DNA of 64,000 bases from a virus (taxonomy: Duplodnaviria; Caudoviricetes), in IMG/VR virus record IMGVR_UViG_3300025608_000722, positions 15,933 to 79,932 of that record, one strand, 5' to 3'. Below the pieces are notes generated by a model that did no database searches, was not told the origin of the DNA, and saw nothing but the letters and a program-made list of their open reading frames with translations. Positions 8,222-18,062 of the stretch are shown here, in pieces (position 1 is the stretch's first letter; the number at the start of each line of letters is the position of its first letter). The position numbers and the translations under genes were made by a program.

Positions 8222-8825
8222 TTTTTATATTTTCTTCAAGTTGATTAATCGTTATTGTAGGATTAAATTTATCACTGTTGCGATTGCTTTGCACTATCAT
8301 AAACTGATCAAATTTTAGTTGTTTAGCTATTGCTAGTGCTTGTGTAATAGTGTCCTGATTATATTTAAAAAGTATATGTTTCCATATCAACTTAGTTGAA
8401 CTATTATTTGTTCTAAATGCTTCTATACCTTTTACAATTAAATCCCATTTAGAATTTACTCGGTACATATGATTATTACTTTCAATGCCATCAATACTAA
8501 AATTAATTTCGTCGTTAGCATCAAACACTTTTGCTAGTCTGCTCCACCAATCTGAAGTTCTATAACTTCCATTAGTGTGTAAAATTAATTTAGCAGTATT
8601 GTTCTTTTCTTTAATCTTACGTATTAATCCAATAAAATCTTTATGATATATTGGATCACCATGATTTCCGCAGATAATAATTTCGTCAAATGTAGATGTC
8701 AAATTACTATAGTGTTCAATGTCACAATCTATATTTTGTATTTTATCTGAATATATTGTTCTTGGACACAAAGGACATTGTAGTGGACATCTCGAAGTTG
8801 GCTCGATATGAATTATTCCTGGCAC
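8202..8825 (-). CDS. Radical SAM enzyme lacking its C-terminal domain (subfamily C)
   Basis: EPTSRCPLQCPLCPR, CGNHGDP, FSIDG...YRVN..W. Confidence 0.85.
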   Translation of the reverse strand: MPGIIHIEPTSRCPLQCPLCPRTIYSDKIQNIDCDIEHYSNLTSTFDEIIICGNHGDPIYHKDFIGLIRKIKEKNNTAKLILHTNGSYRTSDWWSRLAKVFDANDEINFSIDGIESNNHMYRVNSKWDLIVKGIEAFRTNNSSTKLIWKHILFKYNQDTITQALAIAKQLKFDQFMIVQSNRNSDKFNPTITINQLEENIKNDLSTL

Positions 8826-9934
8826 ACTACTTTCCTTTTTGGTATTTTTGAATCTGCACTTGAGACACAGGAGTTTGTAATGCAGGGCATAGGGGTATCA
8901 AAGAGTTTAAATCCTGTTTCGATGTTTCCAAGCGGCACATCGTGACAGGAATAGGATCGCTTAACGGAACCGTCGGGCTCTCTAATAATGATTCCTTGGT
9001 ATCCGGCATTGCAATTCCAACCTTTAAACTTATTAAAATTAAAAGCGTTAAAACGCTCAGCTTGATCCATATACCATTTTTTGCCATCTTTATCCTCAAA
9101 TTCTACTTGCATATGCCAAGGTACACTAGCATCTGGCTTGCTCATTCCTGCAGGTACTTCAAACTTTGCTTTAGGACGTTCAGCCCATTTACGTTTACTT
9201 TCTGTGTATGCACGTTGCGGCATTCCGTTGTGCAAACGTTTTAGATCTTCCGGTTTATAACCATCAACCACTCTCGAGGCAGTTGGATCTGATTGCGGCT
9301 TAAGAGTAACATTGATTCCTTGTTCGTGGAAGAACAATGCATTTTCCCAATCTCTTTCGAACCAGTCCGGAACCATAACCATATTGATTGTAACTTGTAC
9401 ATCGTGTTCTTGACACAAGATCAGTTTGTTAGCGAAATCTTGCATCTTTTCTCGTGTATTAAGATGCTCTGTGTGTAAACTTGCTGTAATGCTTGCTCTA
9501 TGAAATGGCTTAACTGCTTCTACATACTGTTCAAACCACTTCATGTTGCGGCTACAGTTTGATGTCATGTGAACGCTAGTATAATTAGTATTATCAACAT
9601 CATCGGCAAGATGTTTGAGAATGTCCAAATAGCCAGGGTGAAAAGTAGGCTCACCACCAGATAAACTAAAATGAAAGCTATTAAAACCGTTATCACGAGC
9701 CTGTCGCTTTATCTCGTCAATTGTTCGTAGACATAGTACAGTTGGTCTATGATCTTTTCTGTCACTGCGAGCGTACGGCCAGCAGTAAGAGCATTTATAA
9801 TTACAAAAACGACCGAGCAACCAACTAACAGTAAAAAGATCCCTGTAGAGTAGAGTTCTTTGCCCCACAGAGACAATATCCTCAAAGGGGATTTTAGTAA
9901 AATCATAATTGCTCCATTTTAAATCTTCAGTCAT
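8813..9934 (-). CDS. Radical SAM enzyme (subfamily B)
   Basis: WLLGRFCNYKCSYC, LSGGEP; C-terminal WNCNAG...SC...PC...C. Confidence 0.85.
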   Translation of the reverse strand: MTEDLKWSNYDFTKIPFEDIVSVGQRTLLYRDLFTVSWLLGRFCNYKCSYCWPYARSDRKDHRPTVLCLRTIDEIKRQARDNGFNSFHFSLSGGEPTFHPGYLDILKHLADDVDNTNYTSVHMTSNCSRNMKWFEQYVEAVKPFHRASITASLHTEHLNTREKMQDFANKLILCQEHDVQVTINMVMVPDWFERDWENALFFHEQGINVTLKPQSDPTASRVVDGYKPEDLKRLHNGMPQRAYTESKRKWAERPKAKFEVPAGMSKPDASVPWHMQVEFEDKDGKKWYMDQAERFNAFNFNKFKGWNCNAGYQGIIIREPDGSVKRSYSCHDVPLGNIETGFKLFDTPMPCITNSCVSSADSKIPKRKVVCQE

Positions 9935-9940
9935 AATACT

Positions 9941-9969
9941 ATACTAACACACTTATTGATCTTTGTCAA
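9941..9969 (-). promoter_or_regulatory. Sigma70-type promoter
   Basis: Minus strand reads TTGACA (9969-9964), 17 nt, TAGTAT (9946-9941), with an extended -10 TG, just upstream of the 9934 start. Confidence 0.75.
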
Positions 9970-11137
9970 CCTTCCATTCAATCATATCTTTAATTAAATG
10001 GTAATGTTCCCAATCTTTAATCTTAGGAACTTTTAAATCTAAATTATCTGTGCATCTCCACTTAGGGCATCTAATAGGTTCCAATGGAAGATCAATTGAG
10101 TCTTTATCATAAATGTTTCCTCTCTTCCCTCCAACGTGACAACTGCCAATATAAATGTCTCCCGGAGGAGTTACTTTTAAATGTTTTACACCTGCCCAAC
10201 ATAGCCAGCCTTCATAATTATTTTTCTTGTCAAAATTAAGTTCGTTGTAATGAAAATCAATATCTTTGTATTGCTTTTCTTCATCCTGGAACCAAAACTT
10301 TAATTTACGTTTATCTGGAGTAACAGTGCTTTCGTAAATTCTCTTAATTTTATCTTCTTCGCCTTCTTTATAAAATTTCTTTTCTCTAGTTTCAATTACC
10401 TTAATTTCTACTTCGTCATCTGTAGACAATAGTATTTTAGGTTCCATTGTATCATTATTTTTTTCAAAGTCTAGTTTTGTTCTAGGTAATAGTTCATTAC
10501 TATTGCCGCCTGGTGGACGTATATATCTATGTTCAATATTAGTAATACCATGATTCCTAAATGCAGTTTCCATTTTTTCAATATTATTAAACTGCTCAGG
10601 ATAAACCATAAATCTTAATATTAAATTTTTTCGAGTATAACCGTTTTTAAAGTCTTTATGATCAAGTCCTTTTTCTTCTTGTTCTTTATTCCATGCCACA
10701 CGCCAATCATCTAGTTCAATAAACTTTTCAATAAATTCATCAACCTTATCTGCCATGTGTTCAAAATGAAAACTAACTGTAATACTGTCCAGATACTGGA
10801 ATAGCTCTTTTAAATAGTTTGCAGTCCTACTTCCATTAGTAGTAATACTAATGAATCTTGCACCTTTTTCTTCTTTAATATACTTACACAAATCCATAAA
10901 CTTTGGATTCACAGTAGGCTCGCCACCTGTCAAACTCCAAAATACATTAGTGCCATGTTCTTCATAAACTACATCAACAAGACGCTTCATGTTTTCTAAC
11001 GGAACGTGTGGACTATGATTGTCGTGCAAATAATCTACACAATAACTGCAATCATAATTACATCTTTTTCCAATATACCAATCAACACTAAATGCGCCAG
11101 TTGGATTAAACTTAAAATAACTTGCTACTGGTTCCAT
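9953..11137 (-). CDS. Radical SAM enzyme (subfamily B)
   Basis: WYIGKRCNYDCSYC, LTGGEP; C-terminal WLCWAG...SC...C...C. Confidence 0.85.
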   Translation of the reverse strand: MEPVASYFKFNPTGAFSVDWYIGKRCNYDCSYCVDYLHDNHSPHVPLENMKRLVDVVYEEHGTNVFWSLTGGEPTVNPKFMDLCKYIKEEKGARFISITTNGSRTANYLKELFQYLDSITVSFHFEHMADKVDEFIEKFIELDDWRVAWNKEQEEKGLDHKDFKNGYTRKNLILRFMVYPEQFNNIEKMETAFRNHGITNIEHRYIRPPGGNSNELLPRTKLDFEKNNDTMEPKILLSTDDEVEIKVIETREKKFYKEGEEDKIKRIYESTVTPDKRKLKFWFQDEEKQYKDIDFHYNELNFDKKNNYEGWLCWAGVKHLKVTPPGDIYIGSCHVGGKRGNIYDKDSIDLPLEPIRCPKWRCTDNLDLKVPKIKDWEHYHLIKDMIEWKVDKDQ

Positions 11138-12078
11138 TATAGTTTATCCTTTATAAACTTATCTCTTTTGTTTTCTTTACATACTTGTTCGCATCTTGGA
11201 ATTTTATTGTCTGATGTCCAACTATTTTTAATATCAGTCCAAACTTTTCCGTTAATTGCCTGTTCTAAGCTAACATTTTTTAAGTTAATATCTGTTAGAT
11301 AGTCTTGTTGTTCTAGTATGTCTTCAAATCTATCCTTTGGAATAGAAGATACAGAATATTCTAACATCTTTGCATTTAAATGACAGCATGGAATTACATT
11401 TCCCATATGATTTACAAAAATACGTTTTTGATTACCGTACTTGCAACTGATACAATTAGACTCTTCTACTTCAACTTTTTTATGTTTTACTCCACCAGTA
11501 TCTTTTCTATGACTAATGATCGTTTTAAATTCTTTAAAGCCTTCATCTGTTGCCATTTGTTTTGCAACTTCTAGTTGGTGTTCATTGTGTTCGAATACAA
11601 TAAACTGCCAATTGGCTTTGCCGCCTGCTCCAATAAATGCTCTATAATTTTGCTGTACTTTTTTAAAATTAGAGCCTTCTCTATAAACTTCACTTAGTTC
11701 GTCGCTACCATCAATGCCCCATGTTACCTTATGGCTCGGCGGCATAATCTTTGCTAGTTTTTCCCACCATTGTGTAGTACGCAAACTGCCGTTAGTTGCA
11801 ACATTAATATGACATCCCCATTCTGCAAAGTGTTCTACTATTTCATGAAATTGAGGATGACTGCAAGGTTCATCTACACTGCCACAAAAATTAATAATCT
11901 TAATATTAGGAAACATTTCCTTTTGAAATCTTTGCTTAATAACTTCAAGATCTAAATAAGTTTTATTTAAAATTTGATCTGCATGTTTAGATATCACTCT
12001 AAAACAACCTTTGCACTTAATATTACAAAAGCTAGTAAGTTCAATATCAATCCATTCTAGTGTATCAGTTGTCCACAT
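11137..12078 (-). CDS. Radical SAM/SPASM-like enzyme (subfamily C)
   Basis: ELTSFCNIKCKGC, CGSVDEP; C-terminal GNVIPCC...CEQVC. Confidence 0.85.
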   Translation of the reverse strand: MWTTDTLEWIDIELTSFCNIKCKGCFRVISKHADQILNKTYLDLEVIKQRFQKEMFPNIKIINFCGSVDEPCSHPQFHEIVEHFAEWGCHINVATNGSLRTTQWWEKLAKIMPPSHKVTWGIDGSDELSEVYREGSNFKKVQQNYRAFIGAGGKANWQFIVFEHNEHQLEVAKQMATDEGFKEFKTIISHRKDTGGVKHKKVEVEESNCISCKYGNQKRIFVNHMGNVIPCCHLNAKMLEYSVSSIPKDRFEDILEQQDYLTDINLKNVSLEQAINGKVWTDIKNSWTSDNKIPRCEQVCKENKRDKFIKDKL

Positions 12079-12096
12079 TATTCAAAGCACCACGGT

Positions 12097-13275
12097 TCAG
12101 ACATCTAAAATTTCCACATTAAAATGATTCTTTAGTGTGTCTACATAACTGTCTTTAAATTTACTTTTAGGCGCACATAATCCACAACTACATGTTTGTT
12201 TAGGACAAACAATTGTTGGCATTTTATTCATTGATAACTTTTCTTTAAGATCTGCAATAATCTTTTTACCTTCACTTATTTTACCTATTGGACCTCTTGT
12301 ACCATCAAATCGTGCTTGACATGTTTGATGATGGAATACCTGATCTGTTTGTTGTTCTAAATGTAGGAAAAACCAATTTACACTACAATGCCAACCTTTA
12401 AACTCTCGCATGTTAACAAAGGTACTCTTGCGACTTTCGCCGCCTGCACTACTTAGACACATCTCTCGCATACCACAACAAGGTCTTCCGATACTACTTC
12501 CTAAAACTTTTGTTGCTTCATTTTTCTTTTCGCCTGCGGCACTTAGTACCTTTGATACTTCTTCTTCATCATTTAGTTTAGCATTTTTATATTTCCAATA
12601 ATTTTTAATGTAATCTAATTGATCTGGTGTGTACTCATGAGCAAAAGTTGCTTTACTGTCAGGTTCTTCTCCAATGACTCTCGGAACATATTTACAGCCA
12701 AGTGTATCTAACCACTTGCACAAATCTTTACATTCGTCGAACTGTTGAGCATGAAACATAACATTAACATTCATTCGAAAGTCTTTAGGATATTTTATTT
12801 CTGCATCACGAAATTGTTTAATTCTATCTTTAACTTGCTGTCGTAATTTATCATCTGATTCAGTATGATAGCTAACTGTTACATGTTGTATATTATCGAT
12901 AACTGCCTCAGCCATTTTTTCACTCATAGCTCCGTTAGTAGTTAACCCTATATTAGCATCCCATTTATGAGAATACTTTTTATAATATTCATCATTTAAA
13001 TATTTTACAAAAGGAATAAAATTAGGATTTACTGTAGGCTCGCCACCTGTAAAGCTAATACTTGCTAATTTATTATTTCTATACTGCATATAAGTATCAA
13101 TATATTCAAACAAAAAATCAGTATTAGATTTAAGATCATCTAATGATGCATGAGGACTAAAATTGTCATGCCTATGAGCAGGGCAATAACTACAATCATA
13201 ATTGCAACGACGACCTAAATCCCAAGTAATTTGGAAAATATTTCCTGATAATAAATCTATAGTGTCAAAACTCAT
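12097..13275 (-). CDS. Radical SAM enzyme (subfamily B)
   Basis: WDLGRRCNYDCSYC, FTGGEP; C-terminal WHC...TC...CPKQTCSCGLC. Confidence 0.85.
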   Translation of the reverse strand: MSFDTIDLLSGNIFQITWDLGRRCNYDCSYCPAHRHDNFSPHASLDDLKSNTDFLFEYIDTYMQYRNNKLASISFTGGEPTVNPNFIPFVKYLNDEYYKKYSHKWDANIGLTTNGAMSEKMAEAVIDNIQHVTVSYHTESDDKLRQQVKDRIKQFRDAEIKYPKDFRMNVNVMFHAQQFDECKDLCKWLDTLGCKYVPRVIGEEPDSKATFAHEYTPDQLDYIKNYWKYKNAKLNDEEEVSKVLSAAGEKKNEATKVLGSSIGRPCCGMREMCLSSAGGESRKSTFVNMREFKGWHCSVNWFFLHLEQQTDQVFHHQTCQARFDGTRGPIGKISEGKKIIADLKEKLSMNKMPTIVCPKQTCSCGLCAPKSKFKDSYVDTLKNHFNVEILDV

Positions 13276-14677
13276 TAAAAATATCCTTCATTTCTGGAAA
13301 AGTTTCATCGAATGAAATTCTGCGCTGTTTATCGCACAATCCTAAAAATTCTTTCATTTCAGGTAACCGTTGACTCCAATCTTCACTTTCCATAAACTGT
13401 AACATACCGTCAAGACGCTTAATACCGTATTCTGCTTCTCGCCACTGCTCATATGTAACTTTACCCTTATGCCAACTAGGAATACACAATTCCCAATTTT
13501 CTTCTAACCACGGATAAAATTCTTCGTATTTTTTACGGCATTGTTCTTTAAACCATTTAGGCAAAGATCTAACATTAAGATGTGCCGGCCAATATACAAA
13601 ATGAAAGTTTACTGTGCCCGCACCAAATGGATACATATTAATCTTTTTAAATCCTTCTTGTAATTTCCATTTGATAAAATCAGGAAGATAATAAATGTTT
13701 AATGCTTGTACTGCACAAGCAATTGTAACTTCAACATTATCTGTAGTTTCTTTATCTAAAATATGAAATACTTCTTTTGTTCTATCCCATTTACTAGGAT
13801 AACGAATGTATTCATTCATTTGCTCAATGCTGTCTACGCTGTAATGGAATCTAACAAGTTTAAAATGACTCCATAATTCAAATAAATCGTCACGCCATTC
13901 AACACCATTTGAATTATAACGTAGTTCTAATTCTGGTGCAAGTCCTTGTCGTATTGCTTCCTCAAGTATTTCGTAGTGTTCTTCGATAATAAGACTTTCG
14001 CCGCCAGCAAAATAAATTTGCTTCATGTGTTTCATCTGTTCATAGAACTGTTCCCAAAATACAGGATTTTGTTTATGCCAGTTATAACTACTACCGTTGG
14101 TACTACCTTTGTTATCCCATTGCATAATCTCTTTAAGTGATTCATTTTTGACTTCTGGAAAAATTGCTTTGTAATCTTTGATCCAACCCGAACTATCATG
14201 CGGACTACACATAACACATGCTAACTGACACTTGGTTCCAAAGCGCAAATCAATGTATGCCAATTGCGGAGGAACACTACCATCCGGTTGTGTTTCTTGT
14301 AAAATTTGATCTAGGTCAACACGCTGACTCCAATATGCTGTTTCCCATTGACGTTTACTTCTATGTCCATTTTCTTCTTCGCGGAAACATTTCATACAGC
14401 TAGGAGGCTTTTCGCCTGCAAGCATTTGTTTACGTACATTCTTCATATACGTACTATTCCATGCTGTATTAAGGTCAGTAACATTTAAATTATTAGGACG
14501 ACCTTCTTCATCTTTAAGTATACCTACTTGTCCACCATATTCTTTATCATTTGTTGGGCCAACACTACTTGCATTTGCTGTACAACATACACGCATACTT
14601 CCGTCAGGTCTTGTGCTTAGATGCACCCATGGTAATAAACAAAATGTTTCTGATGGGTACTTAGTTTTTTCTGTCAT
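13265..14677 (-). CDS. Radical SAM enzyme with N-terminal twitch/SPASM-like domain (subfamily A)
   Basis: FCLLPW...VCC...CMKC, then CQLACVMC and FAGGES. Confidence 0.85.
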   Translation of the reverse strand: MTEKTKYPSETFCLLPWVHLSTRPDGSMRVCCTANASSVGPTNDKEYGGQVGILKDEEGRPNNLNVTDLNTAWNSTYMKNVRKQMLAGEKPPSCMKCFREEENGHRSKRQWETAYWSQRVDLDQILQETQPDGSVPPQLAYIDLRFGTKCQLACVMCSPHDSSGWIKDYKAIFPEVKNESLKEIMQWDNKGSTNGSSYNWHKQNPVFWEQFYEQMKHMKQIYFAGGESLIIEEHYEILEEAIRQGLAPELELRYNSNGVEWRDDLFELWSHFKLVRFHYSVDSIEQMNEYIRYPSKWDRTKEVFHILDKETTDNVEVTIACAVQALNIYYLPDFIKWKLQEGFKKINMYPFGAGTVNFHFVYWPAHLNVRSLPKWFKEQCRKKYEEFYPWLEENWELCIPSWHKGKVTYEQWREAEYGIKRLDGMLQFMESEDWSQRLPEMKEFLGLCDKQRRISFDETFPEMKDIFNEF

Positions 14678-15675
14678 TTTAATGCCTCAAATCGTTGTGT
14701 TGCAACTTTGTTTTCTTTACAGTTTTCTATACACTTAGGAAAAATACCGTCTTTAATTCCTGTATATAAATTAGTATACCATTCACTGTCGAAAATATCC
14801 TGTATACTATTTTGTCCATTAAGTCTATGATGTTCTGTTCCGTGATCTTTACTATAATGTTGCCATAAACCTCTAAATCCACTTTTAGTTCCCCACCAAC
14901 AACACGGAACAACATATCCATGATGTGTAACATAAAGTCCTTGATCTTCTATTTTAGAACTAATACATCTTGGAATAACTGTAGGAACTTCTTGCTTTTT
15001 CTCGACTTTGGGATCGCTCTTGTGTTGAGAATTTTTACCTAGGTCTGCTCGCGGACTTCCAATAAACTTTACTCTGCTAAATCCTTCTTTGGCAGCAATA
15101 TCTTCTATAAGATGTGCCTGATGTTCGTTATGAGAAAAATATATAAATTGCCATACAGCATCTCCGCCTGCGGCAATATAATTTCTAAAATTTCTTTGTA
15201 CTTTCTGCCAATCAACATTTACTCTATAAATGTGATTAGTATCTTCTAATCCATCTAATCCCCAATTTACTCTAACACGGCCATTTGATTCTTTTGAAAT
15301 TTCTCCTAATGTTGTCCAGAACTCATCATTACGTGTTCCGCCGTTAGTAGCAATAGAAATCTTAGGTTTGCTAGTAAACAATTCATCATTAGATAAAATC
15401 CATTTAACAATTTCAATTAAATCAGGATTAGTAGTTGCTTCGTCATAGTTACCACACATATGAATTAGGCGCAGATCAGTCCACTTATCTTTAGATACCC
15501 AACTTTTAAATTGTTCTAAACTTACATACATACTATTCACATCAAAGTGGTAATCCATATCAATAAGTTTATCATTAATAAATGCACGAGCACATGCAGG
15601 GCAGGCTGCGTTGCAATAATTTGACATTTCAATTTGCAGTTTAGTTTGTCGTTCTACTGGTACTTGCCAACTCAT
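14674..15675 (-). CDS. Radical SAM/SPASM-like enzyme (subfamily C)
   Basis: EMSNYCNAACPACAR, CGNYDE; C-terminal PRC...VPCCW...CIENC. Confidence 0.85.
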   Translation of the reverse strand: MSWQVPVERQTKLQIEMSNYCNAACPACARAFINDKLIDMDYHFDVNSMYVSLEQFKSWVSKDKWTDLRLIHMCGNYDEATTNPDLIEIVKWILSNDELFTSKPKISIATNGGTRNDEFWTTLGEISKESNGRVRVNWGLDGLEDTNHIYRVNVDWQKVQRNFRNYIAAGGDAVWQFIYFSHNEHQAHLIEDIAAKEGFSRVKFIGSPRADLGKNSQHKSDPKVEKKQEVPTVIPRCISSKIEDQGLYVTHHGYVVPCCWWGTKSGFRGLWQHYSKDHGTEHHRLNGQNSIQDIFDSEWYTNLYTGIKDGIFPKCIENCKENKVATQRFEALK

Positions 15676-16739
15676 TCTTGCTCCACCATAACATTTTGAT
15701 AGGCTTTATTAAAACCGCAACTAGCAACACATCGTTTCATGTGTTTATTATGTGACGGATTCCAGCTTTCTTCTAAAACCTTAGTATACCAAGGATGTTT
15801 CATAACTTCCTCAATACTGTGTGTTTTTAAACTATTCCATTCTGTAGGGTATTCAGATAATTTTTCTAAAAAGTTTTCTTTGTTCTTAAACGCACTGTCC
15901 CACAAAAAACAACAAGGCCACATCTCTTGTTTTGCATTAATAAAAATTTCGCCTTCATGAACATACTTACAAACAATAGATTTTACAACTTCTTCATCTA
16001 CTTGATTAGTTTGAATTTTATTCATCAACTCTAATACTTCGTCTTTGCGTGCATGTTCTTTGCTACCAGTAGTAGTAATAGTTTTTACTTCTTTAGTAAC
16101 TTTGCCTCGACCTTCTTTTTTTGCAATTTGAGCTGTCCACTCATTTAAACTATTACGCATTCCTGTTCTAATTACAAATTTCAATCCTAACTTTTTAGCA
16201 TGAGCCTTAGCTACTTCAATTTCGTGTTCGTTATGATCAAATACAATAAACACCCATTTAGATCTTGTGTCCTCACCTTTATAAGAATTTTCTGCAAACG
16301 CTTCAATGTTGCGCTGTACTACATCAAACTTTGTGTTTACACGATAAATGTGGTTAGTTTCTCTATGTCCGTCAATACAGAACATCATGATCAAGTCTCT
16401 TCCGTACTCCTTACTTAATTCACCTAATCTGTACCAACTCGATCTAGGTGCAACACCGCCATTAGTACTAATAGTAACATAAGCACCACCTTCTAATAAG
16501 TATTCCACTATTTCAACAAACTGTGGATGAATTGCAGGATCACCTAATACTCCGCACAGTCTAATATCTTTATCTTTAAGATGTGCTTCATCTGGTAATA
16601 TTCTTTTTAAGTCATCAAGTGAAAAACTTGTTACTTCTAAGATGTCTCGGTTAAGTGTTCTTGCACAACCTGGACATGCGGCATTACAATCACTTGTAAT
16701 TTCCAGTTCGATTTTGTGTACGTCAATTATGTTTATCAT
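15672..16739 (-). CDS. Radical SAM/SPASM-like enzyme (subfamily C)
   Basis: EITSDCNAACPGCAR, CGVLGDP; C-terminal WPCC...CVASC. Confidence 0.85.
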   Translation of the reverse strand: MINIIDVHKIELEITSDCNAACPGCARTLNRDILEVTSFSLDDLKRILPDEAHLKDKDIRLCGVLGDPAIHPQFVEIVEYLLEGGAYVTISTNGGVAPRSSWYRLGELSKEYGRDLIMMFCIDGHRETNHIYRVNTKFDVVQRNIEAFAENSYKGEDTRSKWVFIVFDHNEHEIEVAKAHAKKLGLKFVIRTGMRNSLNEWTAQIAKKEGRGKVTKEVKTITTTGSKEHARKDEVLELMNKIQTNQVDEEVVKSIVCKYVHEGEIFINAKQEMWPCCFLWDSAFKNKENFLEKLSEYPTEWNSLKTHSIEEVMKHPWYTKVLEESWNPSHNKHMKRCVASCGFNKAYQNVMVEQE

Positions 16740-16750
16740 TATATATGTAC

Positions 16751-17818
16751 TTATTTAAATTGTTCAGTGAAGGGATCAAACTCGGCGCCGCACTTTGTAG
16801 CACATACTTTTAGTTTGCCAGCGTCACAACTAGGTTTATTCCAACTATCTTGTATTTGGTCAAATACTCCTGTAGCAAAAACTTTATCAAGACCATTACG
16901 TGCGTCTAGTGCATTTTTATCAGGAATAAAATCCCATATCTGTTCTACTTTAGGATCTTTGTGCCACCATTTATACATACGCCCAGCAGTCCAGCAACAA
17001 GGCAATGCTAATCCTTCTGCGGTAATAAACAAACTATTTTCTTTCTTAACTTTACAAATAATAGGAGTAGCATTATAATATGCATCCATACTGCCGTATT
17101 TCTTCAATATTACTTCTTGTTTACTCAATGCTTTATTAAGGTATTTCTCATCGGGTTTTTTTAATTCAGCAGTATCATTTCCTTTACGGTCTTTGGACTG
17201 ATGTTTATCTTTAGGATCTACTTGTGCTGTTACAAATCTTCCAGTTTTCTTTTTCATAAATTTTTCACAGCCCCACTCTTTTGCAAGTGCCTCTGCTTCA
17301 TCAACTTGATGTTGATTATGTTCAAAGATTAAAAAGTCCCAACGTGCCCTGCCGCCGGCATCAATAAATGCTCGCATATTACGTTCTACGTTGTCCCAAT
17401 TTACCCCTTGTCTGTAAATATGATTCGTATCGCGAAGACCATCGACACTAAAAATAACAGCCCCCATTCTTCCAAAGACATAGGCCAATTCATTCCACCA
17501 TTCAACATTTTTTGCTCCTGCATTTGTATTCATGCTTAACCACATTGTCGGGTTATGTTCACGAAAGTATTTGAATATTTCTAATGTGTCACGAGCAACA
17601 ATAGGATCACCTAAGTTACCACACATATACATAGTATTAAGCTGTGCAATAAACTCTGGGAGGAATATTTTTTTACAATCTTCCAGTGTAAGTTCATCTA
17701 GATTAATATGAGGATTAATTCCTTCGCCATTCATATTACGGTCGCACATAGGACAACTGGCTTGACAGTTTTGTGTAACCTCTAAATGAATTGATCGTAT
17801 ATCGCTATAATTATACAT
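16751..17818 (-). CDS. Radical SAM/SPASM-like enzyme (subfamily C)
   Basis: EVTQNCQASCPMCDR, CGNLGDP; C-terminal LPCCW...CATKC. Confidence 0.85.
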   Translation of the reverse strand: MYNYSDIRSIHLEVTQNCQASCPMCDRNMNGEGINPHINLDELTLEDCKKIFLPEFIAQLNTMYMCGNLGDPIVARDTLEIFKYFREHNPTMWLSMNTNAGAKNVEWWNELAYVFGRMGAVIFSVDGLRDTNHIYRQGVNWDNVERNMRAFIDAGGRARWDFLIFEHNQHQVDEAEALAKEWGCEKFMKKKTGRFVTAQVDPKDKHQSKDRKGNDTAELKKPDEKYLNKALSKQEVILKKYGSMDAYYNATPIICKVKKENSLFITAEGLALPCCWTAGRMYKWWHKDPKVEQIWDFIPDKNALDARNGLDKVFATGVFDQIQDSWNKPSCDAGKLKVCATKCGAEFDPFTEQFK

Positions 17819-18062
17819 CCATTACCAACTTTATATCTTTACCTGGTCCAACTTTACTAGGTAAGTCTCCGTATTGATCTACATACCATTTAATAACTGC
17901 ACGATACCAATTTTGACTATCGTGATGTGCTTGTTTATTAAATTGCCAAATATTATTATTAGTAGCCTGCATTGTACTTAATGCCCTAGCACTTTCAGTT
18001 TGAAGTTGTCTAAGTGATAAATTACTTGTATCCAATTCGCATGTACCTTGTATATTTGTCAA
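17811..18062 (-). CDS. Small hypothetical protein (true start possibly an internal TTG near the upstream stop)
   Basis: Fills the gap between the methyltransferase and a radical SAM gene, overlapping both; protein-like composition. Confidence 0.55.
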   Translation of the reverse strand: MTNIQGTCELDTSNLSLRQLQTESARALSTMQATNNNIWQFNKQAHHDSQNWYRAVIKWYVDQYGDLPSKVGPGKDIKLVMDV

